Below, piece after piece: positions 45,601-56,627 of a stretch of DNA of 64,000 nt. The number at the start of each line of letters is the position of its first letter. Positions within the stretch are counted from its first letter, which is position 1. Source of the stretch: Dimorphilus gyrociliatus (Eukaryota; Animalia; Annelida); assembly GCA_904063045.1 (NCBI GenBank), contig CAJFCJ010000008.1, forward strand, positions 806,001 to 870,000. Direction: 5' to 3'. A model generated the notes under the pieces. The model was given only the letters and a program-made list of their open reading frames with translations. It had not been told where the DNA came from and made no database searches. Position numbers and translations under genes: made by a program.

Positions 45601-45902
45601 AGCAGAAAAAGGAAGTTGAGCTGTCATATGCTGAAAGAAAGCCTGTAACTTTATGCAGCGATGAAGATGAAGCTGAAGGAGCTGACGAAACTGTTGAAAT
45701 TTCAGAGGATAATGACACAGCTGTAAGAAGGCAGCAGGGAGAGGAGGAGGAAGAGGAGGCGAAGGCGAAGGTAGATGAGGAAGAAACCTTAGTAAAGAAA
45801 CCAGATGTTTCGAATATCAATGGGAATTTGCCGCATCAAGATTCCCTCCAGCTAGCTGGTGATAACGATTGCCTGCAGAAGTCCGAAGAAGTTGTAAACT
45901 GA
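42654..45902 (+). CDS. PCM1: Pericentriolar material 1 (centriolar satellite scaffold)
   Basis: Coiled coils plus C-terminal segment LHDTIYSEVATLISFNENRPHFLL..LNTDFLRQRALYSL and ISELLFNELAF. A 48-nt in-frame GT-AG intron at 44401-44448 is read through in the ORF track. Confidence 0.88.
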   Translation: MASSGRRRQRSSGSGIEDSSVSTFDGLRMPKANPVKQQQRQQTIPKTKGSPAAINRKTNVNDSETSEENHLNDRLRQVRQYIRQTSAMLDTMKSASVNEDDDRVQQLEEMLQRLKEQEKRYTQILLVSDTPSEQRSEADVEGFSGLLGRQNDSDAHENGVENGNDVDEVTALREQNDLLRQVLHRREQLRALQGRQAALLALRRELGAEDSMNIDAQSSDGTSLSDNENVSPANNAATPNSSTGTAARLNYVRNVGESKSDLEKRLHELQNKKDHMDMLLSELQALKASAEMESSERIKNSDRNHSRQTQAQSPQASNQEQSNNQHEIRSKMKKLEEVKMKLSELKELVHHYQAEGDESLATSTSETASNGAQLERLREAEAKLQQLRMAVEKVEEDGAVAAPQTFSNDEDESEGEEETAEGNEGDEGTAEKLQDLLQKQHRLMALEGQLLALNDYLGQNEREDQDTNEPPPPAPTSVTFLEPLPTASNDEVYGRMRQQRILREQLRDQKKVFEVMVSKPKRMTDSRNTRVAPVANDPEVASAAANSVQSATVATWGGSENSARRTAASTGSTHSDDTFVIDGKKNLWYFLDKLFYIPAAASAPPRPPPPINRQSNKDIEELKKRVDTLTENVKLLQKNSGRTSNENATATLQQQHVLLAMQHCLAQLSQQQRDVTKSQRQLTKLMTKEPQTEKHISQSRVLNGGGDNALHDTIYSEVATLISFNENRPHFLLDAIRLLQKLNTDFLRQRALYSLRDVIKDYVNLTTKPDGTESDRNPTPLFGHEFTVNNNAMRDDSIRRANDYRIVKTAGFDTTALDTQVKNIMQEVMGAIRAHAYDICSSEMLYYLVQVILHSARKYSPSEAYSRTLEKQLGRVLRDSLESYNNKPVQECKEELLVDISELLFNELAFARLLHGIDESKSRQATSVDGIEDDEESIARESTVDQEKQDSEAEALERKRDDEMAELMGADSSSNDGDDDKSEQKKEVELSYAERKPVTLCSDEDEAEGADETVEISEDNDTAVRRQQGEEEEEEAKAKVDEEETLVKKPDVSNINGNLPHQDSLQLAGDNDCLQKSEEVVN

Positions 45903-46271
45903 TCATGGAAAAGGAAATTAAATTTTTAAAGACTAGGATTATAGACATTTTTTTTTAAGCTGCTTAGTATTGAGACTATTTTTGAAAATTCGTAGTTACT
46001 GGCTGTTTTTTTTTTTACCTAAAGGCAACTCATGCACAATTAAAAATTCGTATAAGAAATGTGATTTAAGTATTGGTTTTTTTAATTTACACATCCATTA
46101 CATTTTCACAATTCGAAAGTCCACCTGCCAATTACCAAAGAATGTAATACAGTATAAAAGGTATATATAACGATTTAAATATACAATACAAATTTATTTA
46201 TTCAAAAGGAATTATTTAATGAAATATTAAATAATAGTAGAAATTGGTCGTCAAAAATTATTGAATGCCCT

Positions 46272-47281
46272 TTAAATTCTAGTAGCTAATTTGCTCTCAG
46301 TCTCAAGTATATTTTTTAACATATCAGCAACGTTAAATCGTAGATCGTTAAATTTTTCTAATGTCATCTGAAAATATTCTAATCAGTTATTTAACGATCG
46401 TTTGTTAGATTTCAATACCTCGAACACATGTTTTTCATTATTCGATAGAGTTAACTCCATTAAAATTGAAGGTTGTAGAGATCTTTGTAAAGAACTATAA
46501 AATATTTTATAGTTTTAAGTCACACATGTTTGATATATTTTAGTAACAATAGCAAGAGAGATAGATACCTTGTAGATATAGCTACATCTATCCTCCATTT
46601 ACAATTCGACAATGTGTTAAAATTCGGATGAGTTGACTTTCTCATAATTGAAATATTGCTGTTAAGAAGATTTAAATTTATTGTCTAACGATGCAGTTTC
46701 AAATAATCATATATACTCTTTTGTCAGGAAGTAGTCGATAATTATAATTATGAAACGTTCTTCTATATTAATAGCTTTTAATTCGTTCCTTAATGTCTAC
46801 ATTGAAAGGTTTAAGGTTATTTAATTAAATTTGTTAAATACTACAAAGTTACCTGCTCAGTAAATTTAGATTTTGGGATTTTACATATAGCCGAAAACAA
46901 GTCATCTATTCCTTCGTATATTTCTGTTATTGTGTTATATGGTAATGAAAGATTCGTCAAGTCTGGTGTTTGATTCCCTAATATTCGACTCTGAACAACT
47001 GAAGTAAGATGTAAACATTTAATTGGGATTAATCAATTTCTGTTAATAATAAGTAATAAATAACAAACTTTGTAACAGTTTAGACAAATCATCCTCAGAA
47101 AGAGATTTTAGAAGACTAATACTTTTTTTAATGGATTTCGGGGTTACTCCAGAGGGAAATAGTATTGTTTCTACAACATCCAAGACCTGGTGGGAGGTTA
47201 TAATTTAACTAATTGCTATAAATCTGGCATTTAGAATAAACTTATAATCTTTATTTTTAATAGAAAAATTTCAACTACCAT
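46272..47281 (-). CDS. COMMD5: COMM domain-containing protein 5 (absent from ORF track)
   Basis: Seven short exons, with the ATG at the end of exon 1. COMM domain CKWRIDVAISTSSLQRSLQPSILMELTLS..FEMTLEKFNDLRFNVADMLK. Confidence 0.85.
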
Positions 47282-47563
47282 ATTGAATATTACAGTCTTT
47301 TTCTTGATTCAACTTTTCTCTATTTACAACAAAATATAAGGTTTTTTCTTCTAAATTATCCAAACAAAATGGGTGTTACTAAATTTGGGATTGAAGAGAT
47401 GAGCAAAGTTTTTCTTTTTGACTAAATCGCTTAATAAAATAGCCTTTGTTTAATTAATCTAGATAGGAAATTTTCTTAAGAAACAAAAAGCTTAACAACA
47501 TTTTGTTATCATTCAATTTTTTGACTTTTTAGACAGTTTTATTTTCATTTAAACAATTTTAAT

Positions 47564-47600
47564 AGATGGCGTTCTAACTCAACCAAGATAAACCGGAAGT
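47564..47600. promoter_or_regulatory. Divergent COMMD5/UBXN6 promoter motifs (AGATGGCG and CCGGAAGT)
   Basis: AGATGGCG at 47564-47571 and CCGGAAGT at 47593-47600. Confidence 0.55.
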
Positions 47601-48015
47601 TGATATTTTTTCCCAATATAACATAAACTAGAAGAATATTATCTGTTGTATTTAGGAATATTTTTTGTAAATTTAACGATCATTTCCAAAATATCGGTTC
47701 TAAAAGGAGCTTAATTCTTATTAACTACCGAAAAACGTCATTTTGAAATATTAAAACATCATTGCAAAATCATCAGTCGAGAACTTTGAACGGTAAATCA
47801 TTTTATTCATTAAATAACTAAAATTAAGATGTTTTATAATATTAAAGATATCTAAAATATTATTAGTATATTGTACGTTTTGAAGATTTTATGGCGCTTT
47901 GAAAATGAATTATTTGTTACAAGTGTAAAAAGGTGTTATTCACAATCACAATACAGCTAAATGATTATCTTTTTCATTTGAATAGGGAATTAAGGATTTA
48001 GAAGGTAAAAATAAT

Positions 48016-49521
48016 ATGGCAGCAATAAAGCGCTTTTTCGAGAAACGAAAGATAGATATAAAATTTAAAAAGCTTGGAGAAGGAAACAAACTTACAGCTG
48101 AAGATGCTAAATTAGCGGAAGAAGTGAAAAAGGCAAACGTTTCTGATAAAAAACCTGCTAAGTCAGAACCTGCATCTAGAATGGCCGCTCAAGCTGCTTT
48201 ATCCAGGCATAGTCATCCTAAACCTGGGAGCAGTCTTGGTACTAGTCATAAATCTATAGAGTTACAGGTGACTAGCTGTTGTTTGTTACTTTAAGAATCG
48301 TACCATTTCAAATATATCCCTCAGGTGAGACGAGAAATGGAGGCTGAAAGAAGATCACTAGAAGCTAGATCTAAAGTTGAAGAGAGAAAGGAAATTAAAT
48401 TAGATAAACCGACGGTTATAGAACAAGCCCTTTTTACTTGTCCAATTATTGGGCCTGAAATTCTTCCTCGAGAAGAAATATTGGAAAAGATAAAAGAATT
48501 TCTTTATCAGCAGCTGGGAGACGAACCGCAAATAACTTCGGCAATGATGATATACACCTTGAATAAAAATTCGGAAAAAGTTAAATTGTGTGTTGAAACT
48601 ATTTGTAAATATATTGATAATATTATTGATAATCCAACTGAGGAAAAATATCGCAAAATAAGACTTGGTAATAAGGCATTCCAGGAAAGAGTCATCTGTA
48701 TTGAAGGGGCGGACACTTTCCTACAGTCAGTTGGATTTGAAACTAGATATTTACCGGGGCCTTCAGGATCTGAAGAGGAATTTTATGTAATACCTGCCGA
48801 GTTAGGTAAATATATTTTAACTTGTTTATAAGTGTATTTTACTATTATGGCAAACTTTTTATAGCCGAAGACCGGGATCATATGCGTTCTACGAAAGACG
48901 TTCTCCTTGGCGCAGAACCTATCAAGCCCGAATTAGATAGAAGCATGAAAATATTCCATTCAAGTCCTCATGCTCACCAAATGTCTATACCCCCTGACTT
49001 TTATGCAATTTCTCCTGAGGAGATAAAAAGGGAGCAACAGAGATTGACAGAAAATGCCGAAAAGCTGGGAGTTTTAAGAACTAAAGAAATGAGAGAAAGA
49101 GATAGAATAAGAGAACTCAGACGTTATAGGTATTTTATTGCTTATTCTACCTTTCGTATATTCGATTCTTTACTATTTACCGAAATTTAATTTCAGATAC
49201 ATTTGCATTCGCATTCGTCTTCCGGACGGAATAATTCTTCAAGGAACATTTAGAGCTATCGAAAAGATGTCAGATATAGTTGATTTTTTGAAATTAAACA
49301 TGGCTTGTTCTTGGCTGCCATTCCAACTTTTAGTCCCGCCTAAAAATAGTAGTTTGGACTTGGAGGGAAATTCAACTCTTGCAGAATTAGGATTAGCACC
49401 AGCTGCCTTACTAACCATGAAAGTTGAAACGGATTTATTAAAGGATTTACAGGCTTCAAACCAGCCCTTAGTAAGACCAGATGTTATGGCCCTTATTACT
49501 GAACTTAAATGGAATCCTTAA
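48016..49521 (+). CDS. UBXN6: UBX domain-containing protein 6 (p97 cofactor; VIM, PUB, UBX)
   Basis: MAAIKRFFEKRKIDIKFKKLGEG, VIM-like RMAAQAALSR, PUB domain KYIDNIIDNPTEEKYRKIRLGNKAF and UBX domain IRIRLPDGIILQGTF. Confidence 0.92.
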
Positions 49522-50052
49522 CTCTTTTAATTCGTTTATAGCTTTTTCGTGGTGAGAGCTTTTCCTTTTGTTAAACTTGACTGCAATTGTACCGTATAAC
49601 ATTCTAAAAGTGTCCCGGAATTTTATCTATTTCTCCTAATGAAACAGTAAGGAAGGAAAAAAAGCTAATTTAATATATAATTTCATATTCCCATAATAAA
49701 AATCTAAAAGGATGACAATTATTTAAAAAAATCAATATCTAATTTAGTCGTTAAAGTTTGCCAAACTTTCAGTTAATAGCTAGCGTCTATAATAATCACG
49801 ATGTATAATACATTTCATGAGAATGTTCAACAATCATAGTTTTAACATGAAACAGAGCATTTATTAAATGCAAGAGAGGAATGATTCGAGTTTTCAATGT
49901 ATACTTTAATAGTTTTTGATATAAAACGTATATGTTGTTGACCGTGTTTCCATATATGAATATTGTCTTTAAACATGGAACTTGGGGTTATTCATTCGAC
50001 TGTGAACTTTCAAGTTTGATTTGTCAATAAATACTACTTTCTTACAATTGGT

Positions 50053-52020
50053 CTAGTTTGAAGTCATGTTAGCAAGTTTCTCTGCATGCGATGGAGTGTA
50101 AATATCAGCCACACTTTTATAAATATCATAAAAAATAGCTGAACCAAAATACACTGGTAATGTATATACTAATTTGAAGGAACAACTTCCCAACGGATTA
50201 GGGATCTTTTGAGAAGAAAAGCGGGAAGTTCTGGTAACAAGGGCTATCCATGTAACAAACAGACCCGATTCTAAGTTAATGAAAAGAGATGCAAGTTTTT
50301 CTAGGATATTTTCAAATCCCTGAAATTAAAGTTTAAATTGTTTGAGATTGTTGAAAAGAGATAAGAGAAAATAAAAGAAAATTTCTAACTTTGGGATTGA
50401 GCATTGCAAACACAAAAACAATTGAAAATCCAAAAAATCCAATAGATGATGTAATTATCATTTCAACTTTGCTGTCTGAAATGCATCTGTTTTTTAGTCT
50501 ATCCAAAGAGAGGGTAGCTACAAATCCCCTTATAGTATGAAACATCGCAGCTCCCATAGTTAAGTAAGAAACTGTTATTGAGATAACAATAAATAATCTG
50601 ATTAGTATAGCAACCCATCCATAACTTGGATAGAGTTGTTTAATCACAGAAGTTAAAGGAATAGTTGATATTTCTCCATTTCTAGCAGACTCTTCCAGAC
50701 TACTATTGTGTCTGCAAAACGAATTATTGACCATTTGATAAGCATAACATGCCTCTTTTTGAGGAACAATATCCAGAACAGCCCAACACCATAATATATT
50801 CAATATTGTGCACGTAACTAAACCAGCAACAATTGCAAATCTAAAACGAGACACTTGTCGTCTGTTTCTTTCAATTTTATTATAAAGAAACGGCATTACA
50901 TTGATAACTCCTCCTAAAGCAACAGTGCCCATAAGAAACGGTTCTCCGACAGCTGTATAATCATTTCTAATGTCATGGGGAACTGATGTACCCACAAAAA
51001 ATGTAACAGCAACAGTAGCCAACAGCAGTATACCCTTAGCTAAAGTTAGAAGCGAAACAACTGGTTGGATAAAGTTCAGCCCAAAAATTATTGCGAATGT
51101 CAAAACCCAGACAAATAAAGGAATGACATAGAAGAAGCTACAGTTTTAAGATAAGTATTAAGTAGTTCTAAGAGTTTACAGAACTGATACTAACCGAATG
51201 CCAATCAATTGTGCGAAAGCTTCAGAGCCTGCTAAAGCATAGCTTGTCAATAAAGCAATAAATTGGATATAGACTGCACCATCAAAACATTGGCGAACTA
51301 CACACGGCAAAAAGAGATTGCCTAATGCATGCAGATTTGGCGCTTGCACATGACTTGGCGTGAGATCATCAACTTCATCCTCTGCAGGACTTTCATCCTC
51401 GTCTACGGTATAGAGAGGAGCAGACTCTGCTCGGCTAGATTTATGAGTGGATATTAAGGCAATTTGCGCTTTTTGTAGGATTTCTGTAAAGATAACTATG
51501 AGGATAGCCTGAAAATAAGCCAAAACAATAGTTTGAAACTCCAATGTTGTTCTATAAATATGTAAACGAAAAACAAGGCAAAGTACTAGGTTTTTTTAAT
51601 TACATAATCATTGTTACGTAATATAGATAAGATATTTAAAATGATCCAATTACCTGGACAACGCAACCTAATATGAAGAGAATTAGAAAGGGATAGATTC
51701 CAGATTGGGTTAAAGTTACTGGTAGACCTGTATAAATATTTTAAAACGTTTAGTGATACTTTTATAAACTAATTATAGTTTTTATAATAGTTACCCAATA
51801 TTCCAGTTCCTAATATCGTTGCGATAGTCACAAAATCTAATCGTATACAAATCAAATATGAAGAGAACATTCATTCTTAATTAACAAAAGCTAATTACTT
51901 ACAGCATTGTATATAAATAAAGTTAAAACTAGTTCTCTTAATTTGCGGTCCTTGATCTACAGTTGTATCGGCTGTCAAGCCATTCGTAACATCGTTTATA
52001 TCTTCATCTGTCCACATCAT
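50053..52020 (-). CDS. Multi-pass amino acid permease (Trp/Tyr permease or AAAP-like)
   Basis: Multi-exon. TM1 motif ATILGTGILGLP, EPFLMGTVALGG and about 11 hydrophobic segments. Confidence 0.7.
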
Positions 52021-53285
52021 TCACTAAGCGCCATTACATTTCGCCATCTAGTGGATATTTCAATTTCCGCTTCCGATTGTGCGGAAACTACTGAGTTAAT
52101 TTTTACTTTAGTAGTTTCAGAATAACATAACAATTTAGGATAGAAAATCAATAGAATGATAAATTCAATAAGAAATCATTTAAATTATTGATAGTGATCC
52201 AAAAAGATTTATTGTTTAATAATTAATAAAATCATTATTTATATAAATACGTTAGTAGTTGTAAAGTAAACATGGTGTGTAATTGGTACATAATATTCCT
52301 AAATGATAACAAAGAAACAAACAAGAAAATTGAATAAATTTTAGTATTTAAGCAGATAGTAGATATTTTTAAAAACCATATTTTGACAGTAATCCTAATC
52401 TGAATAAGATGAAGCACCCATAACCCAATTGAATCTATAACATTAAGCCTTACATTAACAAACATTAGTGATAACATTATGAATACAATATTATTATAAA
52501 GATTATTAAAGAAACTACTAAATATTCTGTACATGAACATTAGAATAAAAATGCAATATACTAATAAAACATACATTGAATTCCCATCTTTTAAATTTTC
52601 CTAAAGATTTCCTTACAACAAAAGTTATAATTCAACAAATAAATAAAAACTTCATTGAGACAAATTTTCACATTTTTTCACATCTTGAAAGATAATTTCA
52701 TAAAGTTAAACGTGATCTTAAATTCTTAAATACTGAATTTTATAAATAGCAATAATTTACAAATCATCTTCTTTCCCCATTTTTCAATCTTTCCATAATA
52801 TACTTAACAAGTGCAAAGACATTAACTTGCTTTAATAACTAATAGGTCTTTTATACAAGAGTAACCATAAAGATAAGCTTATTCCACCAAAGAGTATACA
52901 TATTTTTTAACATTTTCTTTTAAGTCTAGCTAGGAATTTAAAAATTGCTGGTTTTTCTCTTCTAAAACTACTGTATAGTCGGATAACCTTAGTAAAATTC
53001 TTAATGAGGAGATAAATTTTACACTAAATATATGATAATAAATGAAAACATACTATTAAGATAGCTTATAGTATGAGAGAAAGAGAGAGAGAGAGTGAGA
53101 AAGGAACAAAAAAGATTAAATTGGAATATTTATATATCTGTACACGCATATCTGAGATTCTAATAGGTGAATTATATAAAAATAAAGCAGAATTGAATGG
53201 AGGTATTGGCAGGATATAACTACAAGAAAAAAGATATAGATATTTAATATCATTATGTAAAATCTCAAGTGCTTGAATCGCAATC

Positions 53286-54257
53286 CTAAAAGTGAAAGAC
53301 TAAAACAAGTAACAGCACAGCAACAAATATAATAATTAAGAATAGGCAAGTAATAACCAAACCGATTTTTACTTTTCGGCTTATTCTGCTACTCCCTGAT
53401 ACACGTATTTCTGAGGAGTTGCTCTGAAGAAGTGGAGTGCTTTCACTCGCCGGAACACATGACACCTTCGACGGTTGAACATTAGGCGTCTCGTTAAAAA
53501 CCTCGTTAACATCAACAATATCGGCTTCCATTTGAAGAATTCTATTATTATGCTCATTTACGAATGAGTTTTCTCCGTGTAGACCTCCAATCTGATTTAC
53601 TTTTTCACGTACCTCTAATTGTTCTTCTTCATCTGAAGAGTCATTCCAACGGAGAAGATCTTCCATAGCTGCTTTTTGACTGGCTAGTGGAGGGGCTTGT
53701 TTCATTTTACGAGCGACTAGTTCCTGCATGTCATGATAGCTTTGTACAGTTCCTTTAAAGTCATCCTTGAGTTTAATCCAGCTGTCCCTTTCAGTTCCAT
53801 CTACCAAATTAAATCCTCTGACTTTTTCAAAAAGTAACTTCGTCGAACCAATTAAGGTATTCGTTGTAGAACTAGTTTGGTGTATTTTGTCTCGAACAGT
53901 AATATTATCTCGACCAGTTCCAATTTGTTTAACCAATCTACCTAATGTAATGTATGCTGTATTAACCATTGCTGTAACATTAACCAAATACGAGCAGGCT
54001 GTTCGGAAATCTTTCACGGAATTTGGATCTGGATTAAGATCGGACGGTTTCGATATTTGTGAAAAATTTTCAACCATTCTTTGATTGGTATGAGAACTGA
54101 CTACTATAGAGGGGATATCACCTGATAGACTTTGATCGCTCTCGTAACCAATTGGAGAATATAAAAGCATTGGAGCCGCGTTGTCTTTCAAGGACCCACA
54201 CATAGAGTCCTTTGAATCTCTCCTTTCAAAATCTGGATTTGACGATGTAATATTCAT
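53286..54257 (-). CDS. Syntaxin-7/12-like tail-anchored protein with degenerate SNARE motif, intronless
   Basis: Habc-like LVKQIGTGRDNITVRDKIHQ, half-SNARE ILQMEADIVDVNEVF, then an unrelated Pro/Ser-rich segment, SRK and a C-terminal TM helix. Confidence 0.75.
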   Translation of the reverse strand: MNITSSNPDFERRDSKDSMCGSLKDNAAPMLLYSPIGYESDQSLSGDIPSIVVSSHTNQRMVENFSQISKPSDLNPDPNSVKDFRTACSYLVNVTAMVNTAYITLGRLVKQIGTGRDNITVRDKIHQTSSTTNTLIGSTKLLFEKVRGFNLVDGTERDSWIKLKDDFKGTVQSYHDMQELVARKMKQAPPLASQKAAMEDLLRWNDSSDEEEQLEVREKVNQIGGLHGENSFVNEHNNRILQMEADIVDVNEVFNETPNVQPSKVSCVPASESTPLLQSNSSEIRVSGSSRISRKVKIGLVITCLFLIIIFVAVLLLVLVFHF

Positions 54258-54460
54258 GACTACAACGGAGTAAAAACTTCGAAAAATAATAAGGTAAAAA
54301 ATATGTTTGTCATAATGTAGAAATCTGCCTTGAAAACTGGTAAGTAGCGAAAACTGGTTTCAAGCGCCAACTATCGCAAAATATGTTTCCATAACAAAGA
54401 TGGCGACATAAACAAGCCGATGCAAGTCTGAACGATATTCCATCTGGAAATCCCGGGAAA

Positions 54461-55874
54461 ATGACTGCTATGGCGAAGAATCGTCTTAAAAGTTCTTGGA
54501 CACCTTTGAACAATACTGAAACTAACAATAAAGTGAGACTAAACTGGATTTTCATAGGCTTTTTTAACACTTACCGCCACATTTTCAACTAATTGCTTTA
54601 TAATTTTGATAAAAATATTACATTGAAAGTAATTTATATTTTTAGCTATTCGACGAAAGAAGACACTTGGTTAACATTTGGGTAATATATCACTTAAAAT
54701 TCTAATATGATTTCAACCAATTGGTGTAAATTTTGTTAAATACAGTTTGATAAATGGTCAGATGTTCAACGAAAAATTATACTTGACGAATTGGTACTAA
54801 AATGCAAGCCGAAACAATTGGAATATCTAGATGAAATTGTAGGAAAGTCAAAACCAGTGAAAAAAATGGATTTTACGGCAGCACTGCCAAGAGTTTTATC
54901 CATTTATATATTTTCTTTTCTTGATCCTCGAAGTTTATGCAGATGTTCTCAGGTTTCAAACCCAATTCGAAAAATAAAGCGATATTTTTAATCAATATTT
55001 GACTTATAGGTATCATGGCATTGGAAGAATATTACAGAATTAGATCAGATATGGATGCCGAAATGTATAAAGCTTGGTTGGATGCTGCCTTTTACGCCGG
55101 ATCCATATGAAATAGGTAATATTTGTTACTACTTATTATTTTGCAACTGAATTTTTTGTGTTTAATCATTAAGGTGTATGGAAACGTCAATATATAGAGA
55201 ATATAATAACTTTGAAATGTATGACACCAATAAAGCCTAAGAGCTCAAGAACCCCGAGAACTCCAATAAGCCAATCGAAACCGAATACAGCGAGAGAAGC
55301 GCGATCGTCTTCCGCCAGTAGACCACCATGGAAGGGAAGTGATCCCGTTCCCAAGGATATTTGGAGAAACAATTATCTTGATAATAAGGATGAAGTTGGC
55401 ATAGTTAAAAAATTGTTTGTATTTCAAATTTAATGAAACTATATATGTTGTTAAAAAAAAACATGCTTAAACCTATTAATAGACGAGAAACTGGGAAATA
55501 TTTCAACCAAGAAAGTATTTCGAAAAGAGTAAATACCGGAAAACATGTCCAAATTCCCGTAAGTTGACTATTTATGCCGTTTTATATGATTTTGTATTTG
55601 AATAATGGTTTTATTTTATTCTTGAACAATTTAGCGATCGAAATCTGTAACGACAGGGGATATAAATAAATATACAGGAGAAAGACCTTCATGGGCAGTT
55701 ACTAATGGCAATGGTACATATGCTCTCGACTTAAATACTTCAAGACCAGCTCCAGTCCAACGCCAACCTAAAGCAAGACCGAAAAGTGGGAAAAGAACTA
55801 ATAGGGATCCTCCAGTTGATCCTTTGTTTACCGATAGACCTTGGAATTTGATAAATGATGATGACGAATGTTAA
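54461..55874 (+). CDS. FBXO16: F-box only protein 16
   Basis: [28 protein letters not shown] and F-box [34 protein letters not shown]. Confidence 0.9.
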
Positions 55875-56627
55875 ATATTTAGTTTATTAGTTTACTTAAA
55901 GGGCTGTCGTGGGTTTACAATGAGAAAATCAGTTTTTGATATTTACTATATATATATATATATATATTTATATATCTGAAGATGTTGAATGTTAGAGAAA
56001 ACAGAATACAATTCATTAATAACGAGATATGTACTTAAGAGATATTAGGTAAAAAAAATTACATTAATATAAATGCTATATTTAGCTATTAAAACAAATT
56101 AAGCAATTAATATTTAGGAATTTTTTTTAATCAAAATGCTTCCAATAAAACAAACTCAACAATTTACTCTTTGACAAGATGAAAACAAATGTGACTCTTT
56201 TTTCTTTATTAGTATACTTTGATAACTATAACAATTGCTTCAATAGATCTCTTAATATAATAATATATATAATTACAAATAAGTAGTCATAATAATATTT
56301 TACATACTTTTTTTGTGCTTTCAGCGTATTTAAGAGTCAAAAAAACATGAAAAAAAAAATAAATACATTTTAATATTTAAAAAAAAATTAGCCACATAAA
56401 TATAAACAGTACTTCGAAAAACACATGTGTAATGTACTGTTTAGACAATAATCTTTCACAACATATAATTAATTATAAGCCCTTCAAAATTTTGGACTTT
56501 AAAGTATATTTACTGGCATAAAGAGAAACAAAATAAATCACACATGTATAAACTCTGAAATATACCTGCTTCCATTAAACAAACTTCTATTGATAACTTT
56601 ATTTTCTATCATACTTTCTACTCATCT

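Noticed and set aside
52235-53040. 113-aa hydrophobic minus-strand ORF and nearby short open stretches
   Set aside because: Very AT-rich, biased to I/F/L/N, and no consistent exon chain or motif could be built.
54384-54407. Possible RFX X-boxes near ciliary genes (also ~42587 and ~62074)
   Set aside because: Only half-sites or wrong spacing; no full 13-14 bp consensus.
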